The notes under the pieces are model-generated. The model made no database searches. It saw only the letters and a list, made by a program, of their open reading frames with translations, and had not been told where the DNA came from. A stretch of 64,000 nt of DNA, from IMG/VR virus record IMGVR_UViG_3300010352_001127. One strand, written 5' to 3'. The translations under genes were made by a program, and so were the position numbers. Origin of the DNA: a virus (taxonomy: Duplodnaviria > Heunggongvirae > Uroviricota > Caudoviricetes). How positions within the stretch are numbered: position 1 is the first letter of the stretch; each line of letters starts with the position of its first letter. Positions 27,105-36,655 of the stretch are shown here, piece by piece.

Positions 27105-28303
27105 TTTTTTTTGAGTATGTACTCACCAGTTTCTTCGTCTTTCATCATATCGTCTTTCAAATATATTTTTGAACCCAATCTGACAAATTCGTGTTCGGGT
27201 GTTACATAATCATCTCTATATTTTAATGGAACAGCATCATTTTTGTGTACATAGACATTATCATATTCCGACCAAATCAGAAAATCACGATAAACCATTC
27301 TACCCAAATAATCTATTCCGAAATTATAATTACTATCTACTAGTGGTTCTCCGTTAGCCATAACCAAAGCTAACCAACCAGTTTTATTAAATTTTTCAAC
27401 GTCACTTGTAAGAATCGCTTCTTCTGGATTATAAAATTGTAAAGTATCTACATATGGATAATGTTCGTGATTAATTTTATTCAGATTTACTGTCATTATA
27501 ATTTTTTCTTCTTTCCCTTTATTCACAACTGGAATAACACTTCCTCCATACATTTGTTTACTTTTATAAATATAATCATTTCTTATTGCATAATCTATAA
27601 AAAGTTTAATTTGCCAATCATAAGTGGTGTATATCCTATCCATAAAAATTCTTCCAGCCGGCTCATCCAGATACCATAAATTGGCTCTTCCGTATATCTT
27701 ATCTTCATTTGGATCTTTCAGTATTAACATTTTCATTTTATCGGGATTCTTCTCGTATAAAGAAAAGAATATTTTAGAATCATCATATCTCATACAAGAT
27801 CTCTGTAGTTGACCCGTGGCTTCCCCACTATACATTCTCCCACTATAATATTTAATAATTTCTTTTCCTTCAATTACAGAAAAATTTTCTACCTCACCTT
27901 TTAAAGCTACTTTATAATTCTTTATAAATTCTTCTATTTGCTGTTGAGTGAATTTATTTCCAAAAATTCTAGTTATAAACCTAGACAATCTCTGTTTTTG
28001 ACGATAATGCACCCAGCAATAATTTATACCTTCTTGATCTTTTCCTATAGATTTATATTTATCTAATATTTGTTTTGCTTTATTTGATGCTGTATAAGAA
28101 ACAAAATCATCCTTTTCTTCTTCCACATCCACAAAAGAAATATCATATTTTTTATTATCATATTGAATATTCATTAGTTCATCTAGAATGGGATCTTCTG
28201 GCATATCGGCCAAAACTTCCTTAAAAGTGTGAGAAAAAATCATGGGTAGATTATTCTCATCTTTCGATTCATTCAAAAATGATTTAAAACCGTATAATAT
28301 CAT
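27098..28303 (-). CDS. Family-X paralog B; start revised to ATG 28303 (the ORF-track start at 28315 is TTG)
   Basis: RSCMRYDD…KNPDKMKMLILK…GRANLWYLDEPAGRIFMDRIYT…YPYVDTLQFY; promoter-like box 28329-28340. Confidence 0.55.
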   Translation of the reverse strand: MILYGFKSFLNESKDENNLPMIFSHTFKEVLADMPEDPILDELMNIQYDNKKYDISFVDVEEEKDDFVSYTASNKAKQILDKYKSIGKDQEGINYCWVHYRQKQRLSRFITRIFGNKFTQQQIEEFIKNYKVALKGEVENFSVIEGKEIIKYYSGRMYSGEATGQLQRSCMRYDDSKIFFSLYEKNPDKMKMLILKDPNEDKIYGRANLWYLDEPAGRIFMDRIYTTYDWQIKLFIDYAIRNDYIYKSKQMYGGSVIPVVNKGKEEKIIMTVNLNKINHEHYPYVDTLQFYNPEEAILTSDVEKFNKTGWLALVMANGEPLVDSNYNFGIDYLGRMVYRDFLIWSEYDNVYVHKNDAVPLKYRDDYVTPEHEFVRLGSKIYLKDDMMKDEETGEYILKKNF

Positions 28304-28341
28304 TAATAAAATCAATTATTTTCTGTTTCTATATATAAAAT

Positions 28342-29298
28342 TTAAAATTCAAAATCACTTCTTAATTCATAACTGCCTGTATGATCACAAAGATCGTAAA
28401 ATTGTTTACATCCTATGCTTTTTAAGAATCTCGGATCGTTTGTCAAACTGCCACTTTTTGGATCATAGAAACCTAGATTGTCAACAAAAGGATAAAATTC
28501 ATAATCTTTTGGGTTTATTTTTACAACCATAGTTTCTTTGATAATTTTATTATTAGATACAACTTGCAATACGTTATCCATACTCTCGAGTTTATACAGC
28601 CAATTATTTTTTATTGCGAAATTTATAAACATATTTAGTATGAAGTCATCAGAGAAATATACTCTATCCATGAATGTTTTGTCGGGTCGATCCAAATTCC
28701 ATAATAAAGCTCTACCAAGAATTTTCTGTTTATCATCATCCAATAAAATTAATAATTTGATTTTATCTGGATTTTCTGCGTAGATATTTAAAAAAGCTTG
28801 ACAAAATCTATATCTCATACAAGAATTTTTGAGATTTCCACCACCAACAGCATAATTTTCTTGACGATACCAATTCTTTATTTCATCTCCGATTACAGTT
28901 TTAAAATTTCTGTTTAAATGTTTTGCTTTTATAATAGATTTATATTTATTTATAAAATTCTCTATTTCTTGCGGTTGAACTTTATCACCAACCAATCTAA
29001 CAATCAATCTTCCGATTCTTATTTCAATTCTTTGGGGATTGGACCAGCATTCTGATTCAATATCAGTCACTTTATCTTCTATCATTTTATTTACTTTATC
29101 GCCAGTGATAAAAGTGACAGTATCTTCTTTTTCTGTTCTATCTATGAATGTTTCTTTTGATAAAAATCTTTGAGTCGCCAATTTAAATAGTTCTCTTGAT
29201 ACATTATCGTCTATTCTATTTAAAATTTTAGAAATTCTCTTAGACAAAACGAGTGGAAACAAGTCTGGATTTGAGATGTTGTACTTATCAAAGTTCAT
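28342..29298 (-). CDS. Family-X paralog C (shortest; lacks the C-terminal aromatic module)
   Basis: NSCMRYRF…ENPDKIKLLILL…GRALLWNLDRPDKTFMDRVYF…YPFVDNLGFY. Confidence 0.55.
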   Translation of the reverse strand: MNFDKYNISNPDLFPLVLSKRISKILNRIDDNVSRELFKLATQRFLSKETFIDRTEKEDTVTFITGDKVNKMIEDKVTDIESECWSNPQRIEIRIGRLIVRLVGDKVQPQEIENFINKYKSIIKAKHLNRNFKTVIGDEIKNWYRQENYAVGGGNLKNSCMRYRFCQAFLNIYAENPDKIKLLILLDDDKQKILGRALLWNLDRPDKTFMDRVYFSDDFILNMFINFAIKNNWLYKLESMDNVLQVVSNNKIIKETMVVKINPKDYEFYPFVDNLGFYDPKSGSLTNDPRFLKSIGCKQFYDLCDHTGSYELRSDFEF

Positions 29299-29343
29299 TT
29301 CAAATAATCATTTTCGCGTATATATTTTATTTTGTATCTGGTT

Positions 29344-30762
29344 TTATATTGACTTTCTTTTTTTCTTTTTTTCTTTATTACTTCCCATCATTTCTCTTAC
29401 GAAGCTATTCTTTTTTATCAGTTCTTCTAACGCTTTTTTGTCATTGTTATTGATTTCAATTATTTTATTTTCATCATATTCATCTTTAAAATAGTATTCA
29501 TCATCGATTCCTTTTATTAGAAGATCCATTATATAAAATTTACCATCAACATATTCATATTCTTTATTTATATCGTTTCTTAAAAGATAATCAAAGGTTT
29601 TCCTATCCTTGTCAAAATAAACTCTATACACATCGCCTTCCATCATAAAAGAACCAATCTTTTTAGAATAAACACTAGATTGTGAGGTTAGAAACCTTTT
29701 ATGATGAGTAGAATATCTTAATTCTGATGGATAAGAATATTCGTCAAATTCTTTTATAAAGAAAGCGTTGTTTTTATGCGTATAACCATCACCATAATAA
29801 CAGAATATAGAATCTTCTATGTTGATAAATTCTTTATTTAAAACATCGTAAACAAAATTTTCGTTTCCAGAATCCGCTCCGTTTGTTTCACGAAGCTTTA
29901 CAATATTAGAAATCTCTTCATATTCCTTATCTATATTTGTTAGATATTTTTCTTTCGCGTTATAATAAAATAAAGTATCCATATAAGGAAAGTATTTAAA
30001 ATCTCCCTTAACATGAACTTTCATATCAATATTGATTTCAAAACCATCTTTTACGACTTTTACGGCATCAAATGTCTGGGCTGCTTTATACAACCATCCT
30101 TGTTTTTCAGCGTGTTTCTTGAAAAGAATAGCGTCAGAATCTTCCTTAACGTATATTCTATCTAAAAGCCAAGTATCACTTGGTTCGTCTAATTTCCAAA
30201 GAATGGCTCTTCCACCAATAAGATCTCTACTTTCCTGAAGAATTAACATTTTTATTTTATCTGGATTCTTTGTATATAAATCCATATATTGCTCACATTG
30301 ATCGTAACGCATGCAAGACTTATTCAGTGAACCATTGCCTCTTGAATATCTTTTACCGTTATAGTATTTTGCAATTTCACAGCCTTCAACAATCTTAAAT
30401 TTAATATTTTTTAAAGCATTCTTATATTCAGCTTTAAATGAATTTACCCATCTTTCAATTTCTGATGGTGTATAAAAAGGAGCAATTTTGTTTATTAATC
30501 TACCAACTCGAATTTCGTTTCTAGAACCGCACGACCATACCATATCACCGTTTCCTCTCACTTGAGGAATTTCTTGGTATTTATTAGCTTGAATAAAAGA
30601 TACTGTAGATTCATCATCCGTTATATCGAAAAAAGAATACTGGAAAGCGTAGTCTTGATTGTTCTCCATAGAAAGAATGAAAATAGATATATTGTCATTG
30701 ATTCTCGTGAGAATATCTCTAAATCTTGATGATAAAATTACTGGTAAATATACATTTTCCAT
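29344..30762 (-). CDS. Family-X paralog D
   Basis: KSCMRYDQ…KNPDKIKMLILQ…GRAILWKLDEP…LDRIYV…FPYMDTLFYY; C-terminal Tyr/Asp-rich extension with a degenerate aromatic repeat. Confidence 0.55.
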   Translation of the reverse strand: MENVYLPVILSSRFRDILTRINDNISIFILSMENNQDYAFQYSFFDITDDESTVSFIQANKYQEIPQVRGNGDMVWSCGSRNEIRVGRLINKIAPFYTPSEIERWVNSFKAEYKNALKNIKFKIVEGCEIAKYYNGKRYSRGNGSLNKSCMRYDQCEQYMDLYTKNPDKIKMLILQESRDLIGGRAILWKLDEPSDTWLLDRIYVKEDSDAILFKKHAEKQGWLYKAAQTFDAVKVVKDGFEINIDMKVHVKGDFKYFPYMDTLFYYNAKEKYLTNIDKEYEEISNIVKLRETNGADSGNENFVYDVLNKEFINIEDSIFCYYGDGYTHKNNAFFIKEFDEYSYPSELRYSTHHKRFLTSQSSVYSKKIGSFMMEGDVYRVYFDKDRKTFDYLLRNDINKEYEYVDGKFYIMDLLIKGIDDEYYFKDEYDENKIIEINNNDKKALEELIKKNSFVREMMGSNKEKKKKRKSI

Positions 30763-30890
30763 AAATGAAAATTAATTTTTAATATATAATGCAAATTGCG
30801 GATTATAAATTGTTTTACAAAATTAATAAATTTAATTTAGATATTAAAAAATTTTATTAATTTTGTAAAAATAAAAGAATAAAAATATTT

Positions 30891-32039
30891 ATGGACATTA
30901 GAGCGAAGTTTTTAGAATTGACATCAAAAACATATCCTATGGGGAAAGAAAAGGAAGTATATAAATTTTTACCAGACGATTTTATTAAGGACCCATTTGA
31001 TAATTTATATTGGATAATAGGACATCCAGACACTTTATTCTGTGCTCATCTTGATACTGTCGGCGAGTCATCTGAAGTTGTACATGTTTTTGATGGAAAT
31101 GTGGTCAAAACAAATGGGAAAACCGTTCTTGGAGCAGATGATAAAGCGGGAGTTGTTATTATGCTAAATATGATAGAAAAAAACATCCCTGGTTTTTATT
31201 TATTCACTGTGGGCGAAGAAAAGGGGTGTCAAGGTTCGGCTAAATTATCTCAAAAATTACAGACAAAAGGAGACGATAAATTCAAAGGTATCAAAAAAAT
31301 AATAGCCTTCGATAGAAGTGGATATAGTAGTATTATTACACACCAAATGGAACAAAGATGTTGTAGTGATGAATTTGCAAATGCCTTAATTAGAGAATTT
31401 GGAAAAGTAGGTCTCCAATACACATTAGACACGGGTGGTGTATATTGTGATTCTGCTGAGTTTGCGGATCTAATTCCCGAATGCACTAATATTTCTGTTG
31501 GTTATTTCGATCAACACAACGTAGTGGAAAAACAAGACATGGCTTTTTTGGAAAGGTTATCAGATGCTTGTTGTAAAGTAGATTGGAAATCATTACCAGT
31601 AAAAAGAGATCCTAAAAAAGTAGAATATATTGATAGTTATTATACTAGTAGAAAGAAAAGAACTATTGTAGGTGAAGATGAATCCGAATTTGATGATTAT
31701 GATTTTCATCCAATGGCAGTTGAAGATAATAAAGATGTGGAAGTTTTCTATTTCGAAGATAAAAGATATAATTATATATCTGATATATCTTATCTAAATG
31801 GTGAAATTGTAGATATTACTTTAAGTCAAAAACGCATTGAGCATGAATTAGAGGCAATAACAAAATATATAGAAGATAGTGGAATAATATATGATTTCGC
31901 TGTTTGGGATGGACTCATTTTGGTCGTCGAACACGACAAACACGAAACAAAAATATCAAGAAACGATCTCATCAAATACGTACCAATTCTCGATATAGAA
32001 TTTATCAAGAAAGAGGTAAGACCAATTAGAAAATTTTAA
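30891..32039 (+). CDS. M20/M28-type metallopeptidase-like protein (short paralog of 25277..26773)
   Basis: AHLDTV…NGKTVLGADDKAG…TVGEEKGCQGS…YCDSAEF…FDQHN…CCKVDWKSLPVKRDPKKVE, co-linear with 25277... Confidence 0.5.
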   Translation: MDIRAKFLELTSKTYPMGKEKEVYKFLPDDFIKDPFDNLYWIIGHPDTLFCAHLDTVGESSEVVHVFDGNVVKTNGKTVLGADDKAGVVIMLNMIEKNIPGFYLFTVGEEKGCQGSAKLSQKLQTKGDDKFKGIKKIIAFDRSGYSSIITHQMEQRCCSDEFANALIREFGKVGLQYTLDTGGVYCDSAEFADLIPECTNISVGYFDQHNVVEKQDMAFLERLSDACCKVDWKSLPVKRDPKKVEYIDSYYTSRKKRTIVGEDESEFDDYDFHPMAVEDNKDVEVFYFEDKRYNYISDISYLNGEIVDITLSQKRIEHELEAITKYIEDSGIIYDFAVWDGLILVVEHDKHETKISRNDLIKYVPILDIEFIKKEVRPIRKF

Positions 32040-32083
32040 ACAAGACTGACCTTCTTTAATATATAAAGAAAAAAGGAAGTGTT

Positions 32084-32545
32084 ATGTTTGTGTATCAACT
32101 AGTAAACGCTAAAAAAGCGTTAGATAATGTATCTCATTATCAAGGTTTAGAATTTGCTTATGCTGTATTTAAGAATAAACAATTAATTGATAATAAATTA
32201 ATGGAAGTTGATTTCATTAAAAATGTATCACCTGAAGTTGTTGAATATGAAAATCAAAGAATAAAACTCTGTGAAGATTATTCTAAGAAGAATAATGAAG
32301 GCGTGCCTATAATAGAGAACGATCTTTATCTCATTGAAAATCAAGATGAATTTAAAGAAAAAATGAAAGATTTAGTGGAAAAATATAAACCTTTCGTTGA
32401 AGAAAGACAAAAACAAATTGAAATTTTTAATGAAAAAATGAATAATCAAGCTAATATTGATTGGATAAAGATTAAAAAAGATCAAATTCCGCCAGATATT
32501 AAAACAGCGAACGAACTTCAAGAAATATCATTTATGATAGACTAA
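32084..32545 (+). CDS. Hypothetical protein
   Basis: Preceded by TTAATATATAAAGAAAAAAGGAAG (box + SD-like). Confidence 0.4.
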   Translation: MFVYQLVNAKKALDNVSHYQGLEFAYAVFKNKQLIDNKLMEVDFIKNVSPEVVEYENQRIKLCEDYSKKNNEGVPIIENDLYLIENQDEFKEKMKDLVEKYKPFVEERQKQIEIFNEKMNNQANIDWIKIKKDQIPPDIKTANELQEISFMID

Positions 32546-32558
32546 TTTTCATTAGTGA

Positions 32559-33227
32559 TTAATTCATATTTAATTCTTTTAACAGATTGTCTATGTTATA
32601 CTGAGCTTCTTCTAAAAGTTTGACCTCCGGTATAATGATATTATTACCAACTTTTCTTACGCTATCAAATAAGATTTTTTCCTGATTGGTATAAATGGAA
32701 GCTGACGCTGTATATAAAACAGCTGATATTTCAGGATTAGATTTTTCTACTTGACTGGCTAAAAAATTTAACTTCTCAATCAACTTGTCCTTCTTCATAT
32801 TTATCTGCTTTTTAGTGTTGCAATTATAACAAAGAGTTTGATAATTATCAATATTATTTTCTCCGCCCTTACTTTTTGGTTTTACATGATCTTTTGTGAG
32901 CATTACTTCATCTCCGTTCTCATTGTATCCATATAAATTAAAGTGCCATTTGTAATTTTCTTTTACTTCGTTGGCGTGTCTTTCCAAAGCGAAGAATTTT
33001 CCTTCTAGACCACATTCAACGCAGGATACACCACTTTTTTTAAATGTTTGATATCTGTGAGATGCCAAACTAACTAAATTACCCAAATATTCTTTTACTG
33101 TTTTGGGCACTCTTTCTTTTCCTTTTTGATTTCCTTTTTTAATCACAATAGGATCTGGAACAAAATCCAAAACTTCATTTATGGAAAAAGTTCCAATTCT
33201 TATATACCGGTTGTTTTTATTTTTCAT
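32559..33227 (-). CDS. HNH endonuclease (freestanding, homing-type)
   Basis: LTKDHVKPKSKGGENNIDNYQTLCYNCNTKK HNH motif; CVECG Zn-finger upstream. Confidence 0.7.
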   Translation of the reverse strand: MKNKNNRYIRIGTFSINEVLDFVPDPIVIKKGNQKGKERVPKTVKEYLGNLVSLASHRYQTFKKSGVSCVECGLEGKFFALERHANEVKENYKWHFNLYGYNENGDEVMLTKDHVKPKSKGGENNIDNYQTLCYNCNTKKQINMKKDKLIEKLNFLASQVEKSNPEISAVLYTASASIYTNQEKILFDSVRKVGNNIIIPEVKLLEEAQYNIDNLLKELNMN

Positions 33228-33856
33228 TAATAACTATAATTTTTTGTTGACTTGCGAACCTTGAGTTGTGAGTGGGTGTTATTTTTTTCAGTAAGTCCAG
33301 GCTCCAATCCAGCTTCTTTTCTTTTTAAGACTAATCCTTCAATCATATCAATCTTAGTAAGACTATCCCAAATTTCTCCAAATCCTTTGTAAAAAGTTTT
33401 TGTCATGTATATATTATCAGTTATTTTATAAGAATATTCATTTTCATCGACGAATTTAAACATATCTGTTAAAATATCCAATCTTTGCTGAAAAGTTTTT
33501 CCAATAAGATGATCATTATCTAATACAAGAATATCAAAGATAACAAGTTTGTGATTAAAAATTTTTCCAAACTCATCTTTCTTCGATTTATTCATATATT
33601 CACCAACTATGAGATTTGAGCCGGTGTTTGGAATTAACTTTTTAATTTCTTCCCTAGAAATTTTAAAACCGCTAAGTTCGGCTTTGTGACGATTCATCAC
33701 TCTCCAAAGATCATTTCCGATGTAAACTTCTGCGCACGAACCATTAAATTTAGGTTGTGCTAAAAAAGTTCCATCATCAAATTTATCCATTCCAGATCTT
33801 GGAAAGGTGTTCTCTGGGCGAGGAGGATAAACGTATTTTGAATCTTTATAAATCAT
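33227..33856 (-). CDS. Rnl2-like RNA ligase / nucleotidyltransferase-domain protein (minimal, no C-terminal domain); start revised to ATG 33856
   Basis: Motif I-like KFNGSCAEVY (cf. Rnl2 KIHGTNFS) and motif IV-like IEGLVLKRKE (cf. EGYVLK). The ORF-track N-terminal 38 aa derive from a TTG start and overlap the 33846..34031 ORF. Confidence 0.4.
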   Translation of the reverse strand: MIYKDSKYVYPPRPENTFPRSGMDKFDDGTFLAQPKFNGSCAEVYIGNDLWRVMNRHKAELSGFKISREEIKKLIPNTGSNLIVGEYMNKSKKDEFGKIFNHKLVIFDILVLDNDHLIGKTFQQRLDILTDMFKFVDENEYSYKITDNIYMTKTFYKGFGEIWDSLTKIDMIEGLVLKRKEAGLEPGLTEKNNTHSQLKVRKSTKNYSY

Positions 33857-34031
33857 TAGAATCTTTACTGTTATTTTTGTTCTTTTTTGAGGTTTGAGAT
33901 GAAGGTACAACAGTGGTAATGACAGCAGCAAATACAACCCAACCCCAACCTGGTTTTCCCCAATAAGCAAGCAATCCAGCTAAAACTACAAAACTTATTG
34001 ATACAATATTGTAAAATAAATATCTAAACAT
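33846..34031 (-). CDS. Small membrane protein (61 aa, one or two TM helices)
   Basis: Hydrophobic segments ISFVVLAGLLAYW and WVVFAAVITTVV; translationally coupled to the ligase-like gene. Confidence 0.3.
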   Translation of the reverse strand: MFRYLFYNIVSISFVVLAGLLAYWGKPGWGWVVFAAVITTVVPSSQTSKKNKNNSKDSNDL

Positions 34032-34043
34032 TTTTCTTATTTT

Positions 34044-34080
34044 TTTAAAAAAGTCCCTCAGTGTTTTCTGAGGGACTTTT
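34044..34080 (-). terminator. Rho-independent terminator (AAAGTCCCTCAG-tgttttc-CTGAGGGACTTT + U-run) downstream of 34092..34706
   Basis: 12-bp GC-containing stem at 34048-34060 / 34068-34079 followed by T6 on the minus strand. Confidence 0.65.
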
Positions 34081-34091
34081 GGTTAAATTTA

Positions 34092-34706
34092 TTACTTAAC
34101 TTTAGCGCCCTTAGTCGCGAAGATGGGCTGAATATCCCTGATAAAGTCAGCGACTTTACCCTTACCCCAAGTGAAAGCCTTTTCAATTGCTCCCTTGCTT
34201 ACAGAGTAAGCGACCCTTGCCTGAATGAGTTCACCTTTATCGTCGTCGGTGATATCGGGGCAATTTTCAATCATTGTGGAAAGAACTTCACCGTATTTGT
34301 CAACCAATGCTGCATTGAGAACAAACTCAGTCTTTTCGGTAACAACATCATCACCATAAGTATCTTTGAGTTCGTTGAAGCGATTTTCATCACACTTGAT
34401 ATATCGATCGGATGGCACGAACATGACGGAAGAGTTGGTATCAGAAGTGAGAATGAAAGAACCAGGATATCCACCAGTCTTGGTATAGACATCTTCGAAA
34501 GCCTTGATGCCCATATCCTTCACTACGCCTTTAGCCATTTCAAGTTCAGCGGTGAGCTGATCAATCTGAGCTTCGAGCTGAGCCATTTTGGTAAGATTCT
34601 GATCGAATTCTTTACCAGCAATGTTGATGCTAAGCTTGTCATTCTTTTTGTCAGCTTTTGCAGCCCCTTTTTCTTTTGCTTTGTTGAAAAGATTACCTTT
34701 TGTCAT
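34092..34706 (-). CDS. Hypothetical Lys-rich coiled-coil protein, probably highly expressed (locally elevated GC, strong terminator, 180-nt leader)
   Basis: Codon/GC composition differs from neighbours. N-terminal K-rich + heptad region QLEAQIDQLTAELEMAK. Confidence 0.5.
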   Translation of the reverse strand: MTKGNLFNKAKEKGAAKADKKNDKLSINIAGKEFDQNLTKMAQLEAQIDQLTAELEMAKGVVKDMGIKAFEDVYTKTGGYPGSFILTSDTNSSVMFVPSDRYIKCDENRFNELKDTYGDDVVTEKTEFVLNAALVDKYGEVLSTMIENCPDITDDDKGELIQARVAYSVSKGAIEKAFTWGKGKVADFIRDIQPIFATKGAKVK

Positions 34707-34885
34707 TTTCTTTAAATATTAGGTTGTTTGACTTCGATTTTGATAATACGAAGATACGCCAATGTCCCGACATAAAAAAATCATACCGAAAATTTTTTTA
34801 CCAATAAAATCAATATTTTCAGAATTATTTTTCAGTATAAAAGGAACTTGGAAGTATCTTTTATACTTATTTCTTAAATACCCCG

Positions 34886-35314
34886 TTATAAATTGGGTTC
34901 ATCATATATTATTTTAGCCTTGACATTTTGTTTCTTACCATTCTTGAAGTAAAATCTACTACAATTAGGATCTCCATCGCCATCACTAAAACCACTATCC
35001 CAGTCTATGTCAAGTCTAAAAACAAGTTCTGGAAACTTTTTAGAGAATTTTTGTATGTCGTTTTCGATATCATATCCACTACAACCTTCATTAGCTTTTC
35101 CACTATCTTTCAAAGCAACATAACAATCTTCACTTTCCTGTCTTAATTGTTTTATGATTTCTTCACTTTTAAATGGAACTTGTTCCACAACTAGTTTTGT
35201 ACCACAATCAGCACAGAAATTCCCAATTCTTTCTTCGTTACATGTTTTACAAAACATTACGGGTTTTGTCATCTCGCCAGCTATTTTCAAACTAAATGTA
35301 TTATCGTACCCCAT
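34886..35314 (-). CDS. Zn-ribbon protein (CKTCN…CADCG)
   Basis: CxxC-x10-CxxC near the N-terminus; acidic C-terminal part. Confidence 0.4.
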   Translation of the reverse strand: MGYDNTFSLKIAGEMTKPVMFCKTCNEERIGNFCADCGTKLVVEQVPFKSEEIIKQLRQESEDCYVALKDSGKANEGCSGYDIENDIQKFSKKFPELVFRLDIDWDSGFSDGDGDPNCSRFYFKNGKKQNVKAKIIYDEPNL

Positions 35315-35452
35315 GGCTTTTTATTTTAGTTCATTATCTAATCTTTCTTTCAATTCACTTAATGCCTTTGTGGTAGTATGTCCTTAACATACTTAGCGTC
35401 ACCTGTTCGATTAGTTAATATCGCTCTTAATCTGATTTCTTCTCTGTCCATA

Positions 35453-35803
35453 TTATTCTAATTTTCCTTTATTATACCATTTAACTATCGTTTTTTCTTC
35501 TTCAACTTGTTTGTATCCCATTCTTCGCTTAAAATCCTCATGCCATATTTCACAATATTCATCAAGAGTTACTTCTTTTCCTCTATAATACCATTTAGTA
35601 TTAATAAGATCATTATTATCAAGATCTTTATAATATTCTTCTAATTTTTTCAATCTACTCAAATCTTTTACAAAAACTTTACGCCATTGGGGATCGCTTA
35701 CAATAACCGCAGATCCTGGTCCTTTTGATGTTACAACTCCAGGAAAAGATATGGTTACTCCTTTATAAAATACTTTATCTCCTATTTCAAAATTACTTTT
35801 CAT
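35453..35803 (-). CDS. Hypothetical protein
   Basis: ORF; overlaps the ppk2 end by 11 nt. Confidence 0.4.
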   Translation of the reverse strand: MKSNFEIGDKVFYKGVTISFPGVVTSKGPGSAVIVSDPQWRKVFVKDLSRLKKLEEYYKDLDNNDLINTKWYYRGKEVTLDEYCEIWHEDFKRRMGYKQVEEEKTIVKWYNKGKLE

Positions 35804-36653
35804 TAATTAATTGATGTTTGTAAGTTAATAACATATCTTCCTTTTCTTTTGGAAGAACTGGATAAGCTAAATCCAATGCTTTCATTCTTTCAATCAAAAT
35901 CTTAGAAACCAAAAGACGAGACAGTTTCTTTTTGTCAGCTGGAATAACATACCAGGGACTCTTTTCAGTTGAAGTATTGTTGATCATATCTTCATATGCT
36001 TCCATATAATCATTCCAATAACAACGCTCTTTTAAATCCGCTTCTGAAAATTTCCAATTTTTAGCTTCATCTTCAATTCTTTCAAGAAGACGATTCTTCT
36101 GCTCTTCTTTTGAAATATTTAAAAATATTTTAACTACTTCAATTCCATTACGATTTAAATGTTTTTCAAAGTTACGAATATCATCATAACGCTCTTCCCA
36201 AACTTTATCTGTGATAAGATCTGATGGTATCTTCTGTTTAGTTAATAAATTGTGAACTTTTACCACTAAAACCTCTTCATAATAAGAGCGATTGAATATT
36301 GCAATATTTCCTTTATTTGGAGCAAAAACTTGAGCCTTCCAAAGCCATGTGTGATCAAGTTGCTCGGGCCCGGGTTGTTTAAAACTCATAACTTGTGTAG
36401 CTTGCGGATTCAATCCGCTCATAACATGCTTTATGATTCCATCTTTACCGCACGTATCCATCCCCTGAATTATCATCAGCATACCATATTTATCTTGTGC
36501 ATAAAGCATGTCCTGCATAAGAGCAAGTTCTTTAATATGATCTACAAGATTTTGCTCAATATCTTCTTTGCTAAGATCAGATTTAATGGAAGTATCAAAA
36601 TTTTTAATTTTGAATTTATCTCTACCGTCAACAGTGTAATCTTTGATTTTCAT
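35793..36653 (-). CDS. ppk2: Polyphosphate kinase 2 (PPK2) family protein
   Basis: Walker A-like MIIQGMDTCGKDGII (PPK2 GxDAAGKGG pattern) plus the downstream conserved lid region; 286 aa. Confidence 0.7.
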   Translation of the reverse strand: MKIKDYTVDGRDKFKIKNFDTSIKSDLSKEDIEQNLVDHIKELALMQDMLYAQDKYGMLMIIQGMDTCGKDGIIKHVMSGLNPQATQVMSFKQPGPEQLDHTWLWKAQVFAPNKGNIAIFNRSYYEEVLVVKVHNLLTKQKIPSDLITDKVWEERYDDIRNFEKHLNRNGIEVVKIFLNISKEEQKNRLLERIEDEAKNWKFSEADLKERCYWNDYMEAYEDMINNTSTEKSPWYVIPADKKKLSRLLVSKILIERMKALDLAYPVLPKEKEDMLLTYKHQLINEK

Positions 36654-36655
36654 TA

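Noticed and set aside
34707-34885. Sigma70-type -35/-10 pair (e.g. TTATTG-17-TATGAT) in the long leader of 34092..34706
   Set aside because: Only weak matches (2-3/6 in the -35), several alternative registers, and no extended -10. Not convincing without TSS data.
35315-35452. tRNA-like hairpin (GTATGT-TAAGGA-CATAC) in the intergenic region
   Set aside because: No acceptor stem, D-arm or GTTCRANYC T-loop can be built around it. It is probably a small terminator/structure for 35453..35803.
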